From Gaiellales bacterium (GTDB taxonomy: Bacteria > Actinomycetota > Thermoleophilia > Gaiellales > Gaiellaceae): a stretch of 64,000 nt of DNA. This document shows positions 1 through 7,815 of the stretch, in pieces. Below the pieces are notes generated by a model. It saw only the letters and a program-made list of their open reading frames with translations. It made no database searches and was not told where the DNA came from. Location: the NCBI GenBank assembly GCA_038239825.1, contig JBBSEJ010000001.1, forward strand, positions 40,232 through 104,231, given 5' to 3'. Each line of letters opens with the position of its first letter. Position 1 is the stretch's first letter. Position numbers and translations under genes: made by a program.

Positions 1-350
1 CGCTCGGCGAGGCTTCGCGCCTCCGGGTCGGGGAGCATGCCGACTCCTTTCCGGAACTGAATCGCGCTCGCGACCGAGAGGAGGGGCGTCTCGCCGAGCG
101 CGTCAGCGACGGCGCGTGCGGTCGCGAGCGCGCCGTCGGCCTTGACGGCGAGGATCGCCAAGTCGGCACGGTTCACGGCTGCGTCGTTCGTCGCGCCTGA
201 AACACGCGTGCCGCCCAGTTCGCGCGCTGTCTCCTCGGCGTGCGCGACGTCGCGCGAACCGATCACCACGTCGTCATCGCCGAGCGCCACGAGTCGTCCG
301 GCAAGCGCACGTCCAAAGCTGCCGGTGCCGCCGAGGATCGCGATCCTCAC
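1..350 (-). CDS. npdG: NADPH-dependent F420 reductase (NpdG/Fno-like); only the 5' part is in the window, the gene runs off the left edge
   Basis: Not in the ORF track because it is truncated. Manual translation from GTG at 350-348 gives VRIAILGGTGSFGRALAGRLVALGDDDVVIGSRDVAHAEETARELGG...LAILAVKADGALATARAVADALGETPLLSVASAI. It has an N-terminal GxGxxG Rossmann motif. Its start overlaps the cofD stop (GTGA), and it sits in the cofC-cofD operon. Confidence 0.65.
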   Translation of the reverse strand, partial: MRIAILGGTGSFGRALAGRLVALGDDDVVIGSRDVAHAEETARELGGTRVSGATNDAAVNRADLAILAVKADGALATARAVADALGETPLLSVASAIQFRKGVGMLPDPEARSLAE

Positions 351-1276
351 GCGAGCGCACCCGCGGCGTGCACCGCTGCAGCGGCAAGACGGCGCTCGGC
401 ACCGGCGTCGCTCATCAACGTCTGGGTGACGACGGTGCTGCGTAGCCCTGGAACCGGGGTCGACGGCGCGTCCGCGTCGTCGACGACGAGCACGTCGATC
501 AGTCCCTCGTAACACGAGGCGACGTGAGCGGGCGTCGTACCGCCCGCGAGGCGCGTGAGCATCCGGTCGGCCGGCCCCTTCACCGCACGGCCGCCGATCA
601 GCGGGCTGATCGCGACACATGCCACCCGCCGCCGTTCGAGCGCGGTGCGGATCCCGGCGACGGCGAGGATCGGGCCGATCGAGACGTAGGGGTTGCTCGG
701 GGCGATCAGGATCAGATCGGCGCTCTCGAGCGCTTCGAGCACGCCGGGCGCTGCCTTCGCCGCGGGTGCACCCGCATAGTGGACGGCGTCCACCTCGTCT
801 CGATGGCCACGGGCGACGAACCACGTCTGAAACGGGAACGTGCCGGCCGGCGTCTCGAGGAACGTCCGAACCGGCTCGTCGGTCGCGGGCAGAAGTGTCG
901 GCCCGAGCCCGAGCACGTGTGCGAGTCGGTCGGTCGCCTGCGAGAGGGGCACGCCGGCACGCAGCAGCTCGGTGCGCACGAGGTGCAACCCGATGTCACG
1001 ATCGCCGAGGCGAAACCAGGACTCCCCTCCGAGCGCAGCGACCGATTCGAGCGCGTGCCAGGTCTCTCCTGCGCGGCCCCAGCCGCGCTCGTCGTCGGCC
1101 AGGCCCGTGAGCGTGTAGAGAATGCTGTCCAGATCGGGCGAGACACGCAGGCCGAGCACTTCGATGTCGTCCGCCACGTTGCCTATGATGGAAACGCTGC
1201 CTGGATCGACGACACCGACCAGCCCACGCAGGAACCGTGCGCCGCCCACGCCGCCCGAGAGGACTGCGACGTTCAC
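347..1276 (-). CDS. cofD: 2-phospho-L-lactate transferase (F420 biosynthesis, CofD/FbiA)
   Basis: 309-aa ORF. N-terminus MNVAVLSGGVGGARFLRGL and internal SPDLDSILYTLTG, WFRLGDRD and IAPSNPYVSIGPIL segments are typical of CofD. It has 4-nt overlaps with both neighbours. Confidence 0.9.
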   Translation of the reverse strand: MNVAVLSGGVGGARFLRGLVGVVDPGSVSIIGNVADDIEVLGLRVSPDLDSILYTLTGLADDERGWGRAGETWHALESVAALGGESWFRLGDRDIGLHLVRTELLRAGVPLSQATDRLAHVLGLGPTLLPATDEPVRTFLETPAGTFPFQTWFVARGHRDEVDAVHYAGAPAAKAAPGVLEALESADLILIAPSNPYVSIGPILAVAGIRTALERRRVACVAISPLIGGRAVKGPADRMLTRLAGGTTPAHVASCYEGLIDVLVVDDADAPSTPVPGLRSTVVTQTLMSDAGAERRLAAAAVHAAGALA

Positions 1277-1881
1277 GCGGCCGCCCCTCGATCGAGGGTG
1301 AGGATCGGCAGCGAGTCCAACGCCCGGCGCGTGTGGGGGCCGACCCGCGGAGCAAGGCGGCGGAGATCGTCGAGCGTGTCCACGTCATCGACCAGATTCG
1401 GGGCGTCGACGACCCGCGAAGGCCCCAGGCGCACGAACCGTTCTGCGCTGCCGGGGCCGTAGAGCGGGCGGAAAAGGCTCGCGCCGGCGAACGCGAGGGC
1501 GTTCGTCGTCCCGTCGGAGGCGACGGCAAGGGCCAGGCCGCCTTCCGGCACGGCTCCGGCGAGTGTCAGGAGGTCGCGGGGTGTCACGCACGGAAGGTCG
1601 GCATTGACCACCAGGTAGACCCCTGATGGGCGCGCGTCTGCGACCTCGAGAGCTGCCTTCACCGCCGCGCCTTGTCCGTGCCGCGGGTCGGCCACGAGCT
1701 CGACCCCATCGGGCAGCTCCGGGACCACGGAAGCGACGACGACGACCCGCCCGACCGCGAGCGCGGCGTCGACGACGTCGGCCAGCATCGCCTCGGCGAG
1801 GAGGGCGCGACCGGGCTCGGAGACCGGGTCGAGCCGCCGCTTCGGATCGTTGCCTCGAAAGGGGACGACGACGGTCGGCAT
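1273..1881 (-). CDS. cofC: 2-phospho-L-lactate (phosphoenolpyruvate) guanylyltransferase (CofC/FbiD)
   Basis: 202-aa ORF starting MPTVVVPFRGNDPKRRL. Nucleotidyltransferase-like VVNADLPCVTPRDL segment. Immediately upstream of cofD and overlapping it (GTGA at 1273-1276). Confidence 0.75.
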   Translation of the reverse strand: MPTVVVPFRGNDPKRRLDPVSEPGRALLAEAMLADVVDAALAVGRVVVVASVVPELPDGVELVADPRHGQGAAVKAALEVADARPSGVYLVVNADLPCVTPRDLLTLAGAVPEGGLALAVASDGTTNALAFAGASLFRPLYGPGSAERFVRLGPSRVVDAPNLVDDVDTLDDLRRLAPRVGPHTRRALDSLPILTLDRGAAA

Positions 1882-1901
1882 CGCTCGGGGACACTACCGA
1901 G

Positions 1902-3536
1902 GTGGCCCCGCCAGACAACGCCGCGCTTGCCGAACGGCTCGAGGCACTCGCCTCGGTGCTCGATCTCGCCGGATCGAGTTATTACAGTGTTCGCGCGTAC
2001 CGGCGGGCGGCGGAGCTCATTCGGGCGACCCCGGCCTCCGTCGCCGAGCTCGTCGCAACCGGGCGCGCGCAGGAGCTGCGCGGCATCGGGGCGTCGATCG
2101 AGGCGCGGCTACGAGAGCTCGTCGATACGGGCCGCCTGAGGGAGATCGACGAGCTCGAGGGCGAGGTGCAGCCCGAGCTGATCGGCCTCGGCCGTCTCGT
2201 CGGGCTCGCGCCGAAGCGGATGCTCGCGCTCGGACGAGCGCTCGGCGTCCGGTCGTCCGCGGAGCTGCGAACGGCCGCCGACGCGGGCCGGCTTCGCGAT
2301 GCGCCGGGAATCGGCCCGGCGACCGAGGCGAAGATCCGCCGTGCCCTCGAGGAGCCTCGGCCGACGCCACGGCACGGACTGCTCCTCCATCGCTCGCGAC
2401 AGCTCACCGGCGGGATCGCCGAGGCCCTCGGTGGTGTGGTCGCCGGCGACCCGCGACGGTTCAAGGACTCCTCGCTGGAGCTCGCCGTCGTCGTCGCCTC
2501 GCAGAGCCCTTCCTCGGTCCTCGAGCGATTTGCCGGACTGCCGGAGATCGTTGCGGTGGTCGACCGCTCCGACCGGCGGGCAATCGGTGTGACGGTCGAA
2601 GGTGTGCCGGTCGAGCTCGTGGTCGCCGCGCCGGAGCGGTTCGGGACCGAGCTCGTGCGGGCAACGGGGAGCGCGCCGTACATCGCCGCGCTCGAGTCGC
2701 GCCACGGCCCACTGCCGGATGCCGCCGATGAGGTCGACGTCTACGCCACGCTCGGGCTCCCGTTTCTTCCACCCGAGTTGCGCGAGCACCCGTTCTCCGG
2801 CGAACCGCCGAATCTCGTGCCGCAGGCAGCGATCCGCGGTGATCTGCACGTGCACACGACGTGGTCGGACGGCAAGGCGACCGTGGTCGAGATGGCTCTC
2901 GCCGCACGTGCACTCGGCTACGACTACATCGCGATCTGCGACCACACGCGGAACGTGCGCGTCGTTCCCGGGCTCGATGCCGACGACGTCCGGCGCCAGG
3001 GTGAGGAGATCGCCGCGGTGAACGCCGGGCTCGCGCCCTTCCGCGTCCTGCGCGGGAGCGAGTGCGACATCCTCGCCGACGGCTCGCTCGACCTGCCCGA
3101 CGACGTCCTCGGCGAGCTCGACTGGGTGCAGGCGTCCGTGCACGCCGGCCAGCGGCAGTCACGAGACCAGCTCACCAAGCGCACCCTCGCCGCCGTGCAC
3201 CATCCGGCCGTGCGCTCGATCAGTCATCCGCAGGGGCGAATCATCAATCACCGGCCCCCGAATGCCGTCGATCTGGAGGCGGTGTTCGCAGCCTGCGCCG
3301 AGACGGGCACGGCCGTCGAGACGAACGGGCTGCCGGATCGCATCGATCTCAGCTCCGAGCTGGTACGCCAGGCGATCGGCGCCGGCGTGCTCGTCACGTG
3401 CTCGACGGATGCGCATTCGGTGCTCGGGTTGCGCAACATGCAGCTCTCCGTCGCGACAGCGCGACGCGGCTGGGCGACGGCTGCCGATGTGCTCAATACA
3501 CGGCCGCTCGCGGGGATCAGCGCTGCGAAGAGCTGA
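1902..3536 (+). CDS. DNA polymerase X family protein with C-terminal PHP phosphoesterase domain (PolX-like; polymerase active site looks degenerate)
   Basis: The track ORF 1626-3536 is trimmed to the in-frame GTG at 1902, just after the cofC start. N-terminal 8-kDa/HhH pattern: YRRAAELIRA, LRGIGASIEARLRELVDTG, APGIGPATEAKI. PHP motifs: DLHVHTTWSDG, ICDH, SECDI, SVHAG, ISHP, STDAH. Confidence 0.8.
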   Translation: MAPPDNAALAERLEALASVLDLAGSSYYSVRAYRRAAELIRATPASVAELVATGRAQELRGIGASIEARLRELVDTGRLREIDELEGEVQPELIGLGRLVGLAPKRMLALGRALGVRSSAELRTAADAGRLRDAPGIGPATEAKIRRALEEPRPTPRHGLLLHRSRQLTGGIAEALGGVVAGDPRRFKDSSLELAVVVASQSPSSVLERFAGLPEIVAVVDRSDRRAIGVTVEGVPVELVVAAPERFGTELVRATGSAPYIAALESRHGPLPDAADEVDVYATLGLPFLPPELREHPFSGEPPNLVPQAAIRGDLHVHTTWSDGKATVVEMALAARALGYDYIAICDHTRNVRVVPGLDADDVRRQGEEIAAVNAGLAPFRVLRGSECDILADGSLDLPDDVLGELDWVQASVHAGQRQSRDQLTKRTLAAVHHPAVRSISHPQGRIINHRPPNAVDLEAVFAACAETGTAVETNGLPDRIDLSSELVRQAIGAGVLVTCSTDAHSVLGLRNMQLSVATARRGWATAADVLNTRPLAGISAAKS

Positions 3537-3780
3537 ACTCGGCGAGCGCGAGCCAGTGCGTGCCGCGTAACGCCGCGACCACCTGCGGATCGGTGTGGTC
3601 GGGGTTGTAGACGTGCGACTCGAGATCGCAGCAGACCGCGACCGTGTCGCGCGAGACTCCCTCGAGCTGCACGAACGCGTCCGTCGGCAGGTGAGCTTCT
3701 CCGATCGTGTAGTGCATGAACTGGAGCTGGGGAGCGAGCTCCATCAACGTCGGCCAGTCGGGACAGGAGCGAGAGCTCAC
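3517..3780 (-). CDS. hypothetical small acidic protein (87 aa), translationally coupled to wzt
   Basis: The GTG start overlaps the wzt TGA (GTGA at 3777-3780). Third-codon positions are strongly G/C as in neighbouring genes. No TM segment and no family recognised. Confidence 0.5.
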   Translation of the reverse strand: MSSRSCPDWPTLMELAPQLQFMHYTIGEAHLPTDAFVQLEGVSRDTVAVCCDLESHVYNPDHTDPQVVAALRGTHWLALAEFSSSQR

Positions 3781-5006
3781 GTCCGCGCAGTTGGCGTGCG
3801 ACCGGTGCTTTCCTGCATCGACCAGGCGCCGTCGAGCAGGACGGCGCCGGTCTCGTCTCCCGCCGGAAAGACGAAGAACCGCATCGCATCGTCGAGCGAG
3901 TGCAGCGGATGACCCGCCGCATCGAGCAGAGCGACCCGGAGGTGGAAACGCCCGTCGGCAAGCGGCAAGCGGCTGATTCGGAAGCGCAGCTCTCGCTCCC
4001 CGGCGCCGTCCCTCCAGCCGAGCGCCTCGGTCTCCTGCGCGACGGTCGCGAGGACGAGCCCGCCGTCGTCACGCAACTCGAGTGATACGCGCGGCGGGCC
4101 GACGCCCGCCTCGGCAGCGACCACCAGGCGCACCGTCGCAGGCTCCCCCGCGGCGAATTGCGTGCGCTCGTCACCGTCGTCGTCGAGCAGTTCGGCCGCG
4201 ACGATACGTGCCTCGCCGCTGCCCCATTCGCGCAAGCCTGCTCCGAGCTCCTCCGGGTTCGCGTCGTCGGCGAGCAGACGCCGGTACGCGGCGATCGCCT
4301 CTCTGGTCGAGCCGTCGAATGCGACCTCGCCGTGGCGCAGCAGCACGGCTCGGTCACACAGGCGCTCGACGGCCTGCGCATCGTGTGAGACGAAGAGAAT
4401 GGTTCCGCCGCGGTTCTTGAATTCGGCGATCTTCCCGAAGCACTTGCGCTGGAACTGCTCGTCACCGACGGCGAACACCTCGTCGAGCAGCAGCACATCC
4501 GACTGGATGTGCGCGGCGACGGAGAAGCCGAGCCGCATGTACATCCCGGAGGAATACGTGCGCACCGGCAGATCGATGAATCTCTCGAGCTCGGCGAATG
4601 CCACGATCTCGTCCATCACCTCGCGCACCCGCGAGCGCGAGAGCCCGTGGATCGAGCCGTTGAGATAGACGTTCTCGCGACCCGTGAAGTCGGGATGGAA
4701 GCCCGCGCCCAGCTCGAGCAGCGAGGCCACGCGACCCGTCGCCTCGACCCGGCCCGACGTCGGCTTGATGATCCCGGAGACGAGCCGCAGCAACGTCGTC
4801 TTGCCGGAGCCGTTGCGCCCGACCAGGCCGACTGCACCGCCCGGCTCGACGAGCAACGAGACGTCGCGCAGCGCCTGCACCTCCCTCGCCGAGCCGCGAC
4901 CCCGCGAGACGAAAACATCCTTCAGCGTTCGCTGCGCCTTCGGGTAGACCCTGAACGTGCGCGACGCACGGTCGACGACGATGCGACCGGCGGCCGCCGC
5001 GCTCAT
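3777..5006 (-). CDS. wzt: Polysaccharide/O-antigen ABC exporter ATP-binding protein (Wzt/TagH-type) with extra C-terminal beta-rich domain
   Basis: The track ORF 3777-5870 is trimmed to Met289 (ATG at 5006), which overlaps the hemH stop (ATGA). Walker A GRNGSGKTT, signature YSSGMYMRL, Walker B LLLDEVFAVGD, H-loop VSHD. About 160 aa follow the NBD. Confidence 0.9.
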   Translation of the reverse strand: MSAAAAGRIVVDRASRTFRVYPKAQRTLKDVFVSRGRGSAREVQALRDVSLLVEPGGAVGLVGRNGSGKTTLLRLVSGIIKPTSGRVEATGRVASLLELGAGFHPDFTGRENVYLNGSIHGLSRSRVREVMDEIVAFAELERFIDLPVRTYSSGMYMRLGFSVAAHIQSDVLLLDEVFAVGDEQFQRKCFGKIAEFKNRGGTILFVSHDAQAVERLCDRAVLLRHGEVAFDGSTREAIAAYRRLLADDANPEELGAGLREWGSGEARIVAAELLDDDGDERTQFAAGEPATVRLVVAAEAGVGPPRVSLELRDDGGLVLATVAQETEALGWRDGAGERELRFRISRLPLADGRFHLRVALLDAAGHPLHSLDDAMRFFVFPAGDETGAVLLDGAWSMQESTGRTPTART

Positions 5007-5884
5007 GCTGCGACGGCGGCCACGGCGGCGCGCACGATCTCTGCCAGCACCCGGACGAACGCGGGATCGGCGTTCGGCATCTCGATTCGTTCGAGCCGGA
5101 TCCCGAGCTCGCGCGCCCGTTCCTGTGCCTCGGTGTCGATGTCCCAGCGAATCTCGAGATGGTCGGACACGAAGCCGACCGGGCAGACGAGTACGTCGTC
5201 GACGCCGCGCTCCTGGAGGTCGACGAGGTGGTCGAGGATGTCGGGGCCGAGCCAGGGCTCGCCCGTGGGCGACTCGCTCTGGAACGAGAACGACCAGTCC
5301 TCGACCCCGGCGGTGTCCGAGACGAGCCGCGCCGTCTCCATGAGCTGGTCGCGGTACGGATCGCCCTCGTCGATGATTCGCGCGGGCAGCGAGTGGGCGG
5401 TGAAGACGACGTGCGACTCGGTATCGCGGATGCGGTCGGCGAGAAAGCCGACGAATCGAGCGTCGTCGTACCAGCTCTCCACGAACGCGACGCCCGCCCT
5501 GTCGGCGACCGCTTCGTCGAGCAGGCTCCGGTAGCCGCCGATCGACAACCGACTGTAGTGCGGTGCGAGCACCAGGCCGACGAGGGTGCCCGCGCCGGCC
5601 GAGAGCGCGGCGTCGACGGCGTCGCGGATGCGCGGGTCCCAGTGCTTCATCCCGGTGTAGACCGGCAGGCCGAGCTCGACTTCGAGCGCTGCGCGTGTCG
5701 ACTCGGTGATCGCGTTCAACGGATTCGAGTCCTCGATCCCCAGGCGTCGATAGCGCGCGACGAGATCTTCGAGGTTCGCAGGCGCGATCGGCCGGCCCCC
5801 GCGGATGTCGGCGTAGTAGGCGGGGACGTCGGCGAGGCGTTCCGGCGAGCCGTAGGCCATCAGGATGCAAGCGGTGCCGCTCAT
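5003..5884 (-). CDS. hemH: Ferrochelatase (probably coproporphyrin ferrochelatase CpfC type)
   Basis: 293-aa ORF. MAYGSP N-terminal pattern, FTAHSLP, and VCPVGFVSDHLE(I) segments characteristic of ferrochelatases. Lies 10 nt downstream of hemE. Confidence 0.9.
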   Translation of the reverse strand: MSGTACILMAYGSPERLADVPAYYADIRGGRPIAPANLEDLVARYRRLGIEDSNPLNAITESTRAALEVELGLPVYTGMKHWDPRIRDAVDAALSAGAGTLVGLVLAPHYSRLSIGGYRSLLDEAVADRAGVAFVESWYDDARFVGFLADRIRDTESHVVFTAHSLPARIIDEGDPYRDQLMETARLVSDTAGVEDWSFSFQSESPTGEPWLGPDILDHLVDLQERGVDDVLVCPVGFVSDHLEIRWDIDTEAQERARELGIRLERIEMPNADPAFVRVLAEIVRAAVAAVAA

Positions 5885-5894
5885 CGCCCGGACG

Positions 5895-6914
5895 CTATCC
5901 CACGCCCGCGGTCTGGACGAGCTCGGCGAGCCGAGTCAGCTGGTCGGGATCGGTGCGCGGCAGCACGCCGTGGCCCAGGTTGAAGATGTGGCCCGGACGG
6001 CCCCCGGCGCGGGCGAGTATCTCGTGCGCCGCGGCTTCGACGCGCGGCCACGGGCCCAGCAGGACAGCCGGGTCCAGGTTGCCCTGCACGCCTCGATCGG
6101 CGCCGACGACGGCCCAGCCGTCGTCGAGCGCGATGCGCCAGTCGAGCCCGATCACATCACCTCCTGCTCGCGCCATTGCGGGCAAGAGGGTCGAGGCACC
6201 GGTACCGAAATGAATCGTCGGGACGGTCGCCGCCGTAAGGATCCTCGCCGACCACGGCCCCACGAACTCCTCGTAATCGGCGGGTGAGAGCGCGCCGACC
6301 CACGAGTCGAAGAGCTGCACCACATCGGCACCCGCACGCGCCTGGGCGGCGACGTATCCGGCGAAGCAGTCGGCGAGCTTCTGCATCAACGCATGCCACA
6401 ACGCGGGCTCCGAGTACATCATCGTCTTCACGAGCGCGAACTCGCGCGACGGCTTTCCCTCGACCAGATAGCCGGCTACGGTGAACGGGCCGCCGCAGAA
6501 ACCGACGACCGCCTGCTCGTCGCGCAGCTCGCCCCGCACGATCTTGATCGCCTCGAGCACTGGCGCGAACGCCTCGTCGGGGTCGGGCACGCGCAAGCGC
6601 TCGACGTCTGCCAGCGTGCGCACCGGCGTCTCGATCACCGGGCCGACGCCTTCGACGAGCTGCACGTCGAGACCCATCCCGAGCACCGGGGTCATGATGT
6701 CCGCGAACATCACCGCGGCATCGACCCCGTGGCGCTGCACGGGCTGCAGGGTCACCTGCGCGCAGAGATCCGGCGTCTGCGCAACGTCCCAGAACGAACG
6801 TCGCTCGCGGACCCGGCGGTACTCGGGCAGCGACCGTCCCGCCTGCCGCATGAACCAAACAGGCGTGCGTTCGACCGGCTCGCGCCGGGCGGCCCTGACG
6901 AGCAGCGGCTCCAC
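5895..6914 (-). CDS. hemE: Uroporphyrinogen decarboxylase
   Basis: 339-aa ORF with the hallmark PVWFMRQAGRSLPEYR N-terminal motif and GHIFNLGHG C-terminal motif. Confidence 0.93.
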   Translation of the reverse strand: MEPLLVRAARREPVERTPVWFMRQAGRSLPEYRRVRERRSFWDVAQTPDLCAQVTLQPVQRHGVDAAVMFADIMTPVLGMGLDVQLVEGVGPVIETPVRTLADVERLRVPDPDEAFAPVLEAIKIVRGELRDEQAVVGFCGGPFTVAGYLVEGKPSREFALVKTMMYSEPALWHALMQKLADCFAGYVAAQARAGADVVQLFDSWVGALSPADYEEFVGPWSARILTAATVPTIHFGTGASTLLPAMARAGGDVIGLDWRIALDDGWAVVGADRGVQGNLDPAVLLGPWPRVEAAAHEILARAGGRPGHIFNLGHGVLPRTDPDQLTRLAELVQTAGVG

Positions 6915-6936
6915 GAGCCTCTAGGCTAGCCGCGCC

Positions 6937-7632
6937 GTGTCGAAGGGACCGCTTGCCGTCAGCTGGGGCGCGCCGCCGTCGCCCGACCCGCAGGCCGGCG
7001 TGCGGGAGCTCGTGCGGGTCGAGCTCGAGAACGCCGGCTCGGTCGTCTGGCGCACCGAGATCTTCCTCGCCTATCACTGGCTCGACGGCCGCGACAACCC
7101 GATCGTCTGGGACGGGGAGCGGACGCCCGCTCCCAGCCTTGCCCCCGGGGAGCGCGCAATCGTCGAGGCGCTCGTCAGAGCGCCGATCCCCCCTGGCCCC
7201 TACCGGCTCGCGTTCGACCTGGTCGCCGAGCAGCGCGCGTGGTTCTCGGAGCTCGGCAGCCCGATGCTCACGCGAGACACCGAGGTGCGCCGACGCGAAG
7301 GAGAGCCGAGCGCGAGCCTGCCGGCGAACGTCGAGCCGTCCGAGGAATGGGCCGACCGCGTTCGCTCCGCCCATGCCGAGGGATACGGGGTCGTCGGCGG
7401 CGCGATCGCATGGGTCGGCGATGTGGGGCACCGCCGACCGCGGGCGCTTGCCCCGTACGCGCCGGGAACGGGGCGAGTCCCCGGATTCTCCGCGCCCCTC
7501 CTCTGCCCCTCCGTGCTTCCAGGGGTCGAGCTCGAGCGCCTGGCAGACGTCGCGGGCCTGCCGGCGTACGCCGCACCCCACGACGAGCCGTGGGTCTACG
7601 ACGGCCGGGCCGTCCTCCGCGTTCGCGGCTGA
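6937..7632 (+). CDS. hypothetical protein (N-terminal Ig-like/NBR1-like beta domain suspected)
   Basis: 231-aa ORF with GTG start and coding-like composition. VRVELENAGSVVW...PGERAIVEALVRAPIPPGPYRLAFDLV resembles beta-sandwich accessory domains. No catalytic motif recognised. Confidence 0.55.
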   Translation: MSKGPLAVSWGAPPSPDPQAGVRELVRVELENAGSVVWRTEIFLAYHWLDGRDNPIVWDGERTPAPSLAPGERAIVEALVRAPIPPGPYRLAFDLVAEQRAWFSELGSPMLTRDTEVRRREGEPSASLPANVEPSEEWADRVRSAHAEGYGVVGGAIAWVGDVGHRRPRALAPYAPGTGRVPGFSAPLLCPSVLPGVELERLADVAGLPAYAAPHDEPWVYDGRAVLRVRG

Positions 7633-7689
7633 CCGATTCGGAGGGAGCTCGACGAACGCTTCGTGGCGCCGCACGAGCCGGTGCTGCAC

Positions 7690-7726
7690 CAGGTTCCGGT
7701 GCGGCCAGGATGAACCGGAGAACCTG
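7690..7726. repeat. imperfect inverted repeat (hairpin); possible bidirectional terminator between convergent genes
   Basis: CAGGTTCCGGT (7690-7700) pairs with ACCGGAGAACCTG (7714-7726) as 7 bp + 2-nt bulge + 4 bp with a 13-nt loop. It lies in the 183-bp gap between the 6937-7632 (+) and wzm (-) 3' ends. No U-tract follows. Confidence 0.25.
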
Positions 7727-7815
7727 CTTCGGATCACCATCCCGGCAGGCTTCCACGGCTTGCCGGCTCGGCGCGGGACCGCGGCGAGCCGGCCGAGGGC
7801 GCTGCGCGGCGCCTT

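Noticed and set aside
5007-5870. N-terminal 288-aa extension of the wzt ORF. Analogous long 5' extensions occur on the ORFs at 1626, 10079, 35818-37458, 36849-38393, 40686-42350, 42384, 43453, 51937-53238, 52803-54032, 55188-56873, 57635-58624 and 60221
   Set aside because: The extensions are junk-like and overlap the upstream gene in another frame. In each case an internal ATG/GTG/TTG forms a 4-nt overlap, or lies within a few nt of the upstream stop, and coincides with the start of the recognisable domain.
6157-7740. 527-aa minus-strand ORF spanning hemE and the hypothetical gene (similarly 7268-8650, 460 aa)
   Set aside because: The Arg/Ala/Gly/Pro-rich low-complexity translation is typical of alternative frames in 70% GC DNA. 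It overlaps genes that have clear family motifs.
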